Source: Ginkgo biloba (lineage: Eukaryota; Plantae; Ginkgophyta). Taken from it: DNA of 23,780 nucleotides. The stretch spans positions 77,045,632 to 77,069,411 of the forward strand of contig JANKJI020000004.1 of the NCBI GenBank assembly GCA_024626585.2, written 5' to 3'. The first letter of the stretch is position 1, and each line of letters opens with the position of its first letter. Positions 22,661 to 23,780 of the stretch are shown in pieces. A program made the position numbers and the translations under genes. The notes below the pieces were generated by a model. It did no database searches. It had not been told where the DNA came from and saw only the letters and a program-made list of their open reading frames with translations.

Positions 22661-23780
22661 GATAATAATGAATAATGATATGAACTATGAAATATTAAGG
22701 TAAATAAGATAAGGGAATTGTCCCTAAATAGATCAAGGTATTTCAACTAATATTCTTTCCCCTTGCACGAGTCCCCCTTTGGTGGTTAACAACTTTATTT
22801 TCTCTAATTCTTGCTCTCTTCCTTGGTGAGTTAGAACATTAGAAAATTTTTAGTACTTANNNNNNNNNNNNNNNNNNNNNNNNNNNNNNNNNNNNNNNNN
22901 NNNNNNNNNNNNNNATCTTCCTATCTATCTTTTCCTTACTTAAATACTTCTCTTGTCTTTCATATAAGGGATAAAGATCTAATCCAACTTCTTCCTCCCT
23001 TTTGGGGATGTAGATTATTTATTTATCCTCTAAGATTCCTTGGAAGTTTTCCACTTTTCTATGAAACTTAGTTTTCACAATAGTTAACCAGTGGAATATC
23101 CTTTTACCATTTTTTATTTTTGAGATAATTAAGATAATCTAATATAAGTTTAAGAACTCCTTTAACACATGCATTGGGCATGGTAGTATTATAAACAATT
23201 TTTGTTTTCTCTACTAATGATGTTAACATCCATCAATGGGAATTTAGGCATCAACATGAACTACTTATTAGTTGATGTTAATTATATCTTAGGTTTTCCC
23301 CCCTTGAATGAAGGTTAATTAGTCTTACGATATTATTAATGATAATCCACCTTGAACTTTGTTGGCTATTACTTTGAAGATGGATTTTGATTTCTTTATC
23401 ATCTTTTTAAACTATAGAATTGTGAAGTTTTCTTTCAATTTATTCCCTAGTTCATATTATTGTCTAAGGAAATCATATGTTTAATGATAATTGTATACAT
23501 GTGGTTGAATCTTAATTTGTTATGATTTTATTTTCTTAAAATCTAGTAAGGCTTCTAGATTCTAAATTTTATTATTTTCATTCTTGTATTTCAATATTGA
23601 CTGATTAAGGTATTAAATTTATGAATAACTCATGGAGATTTAGGTTGATATGTGGGCTTTAGGTGTGTACATTATTTCTCCCTCTAACTTTCTAATTCTT
23701 CTTCAAAAATTTTATGTTGGCCTTTGTTCTTAATGAATTTTACCATTTGTAATTCTTTTAAGGGTAATTTTCTTAAAATT

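Larger units (their letters stand above)
1948..22914. other. 23 assembly gaps (N runs), 11 of exactly 100 N
   Basis: N runs start at about 1948, 3109, 4812, 6797, 7494, 8397, 8958, 9355, 11384, 12519, 13162, 15075, 15788, 16758, 17008, 18172, 18549, 19381, 19725, 20316, 21088, 21964 and 22860. Confidence 0.97.

Noticed and set aside
22915-23780. Minus-strand coding-like purine-rich tract
   Set aside because: It is probably TE-derived, but I could not identify any motif, so it is not annotated.

Overview
This is an AT-rich, CpG-depleted window of a land-plant nuclear genome. The PLS-class PPR and retroelement styles suggest a gymnosperm, but that is inference. The assembly is a fragmented draft with 23 N-gaps, 11 of them exactly 100 N. 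I can support no intact protein-coding gene, RNA gene or CRISPR array. Most of the window is decayed transposon sequence: Ty3/gypsy gag-protease (1-1850, -), two chromovirus-like integrase fragments (5490-6796 and 9400-9925, the second followed by a PPT and putative LTR), a gypsy gag with two zinc knuckles (10500-11382), a Ty1/copia gag (18272-18545, -), and weaker copia, LINE RNase H and LTR remnants. The one host-derived feature is missed by the ORF track: an intronless PLS-class pentatricopeptide-repeat (PPR) pseudogene at about 13474-14510, with a possible E/E+ tail to about 15020. It sits in a CpG-retaining island and has lost short blocks of sequence. Its upstream 300 bp holds serial hairpins and intact bZIP/CAMTA-type motifs. 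This is the best lead in the window (possibly a still-active non-coding or small-RNA locus), but no new biological system can be demonstrated from the sequence alone.
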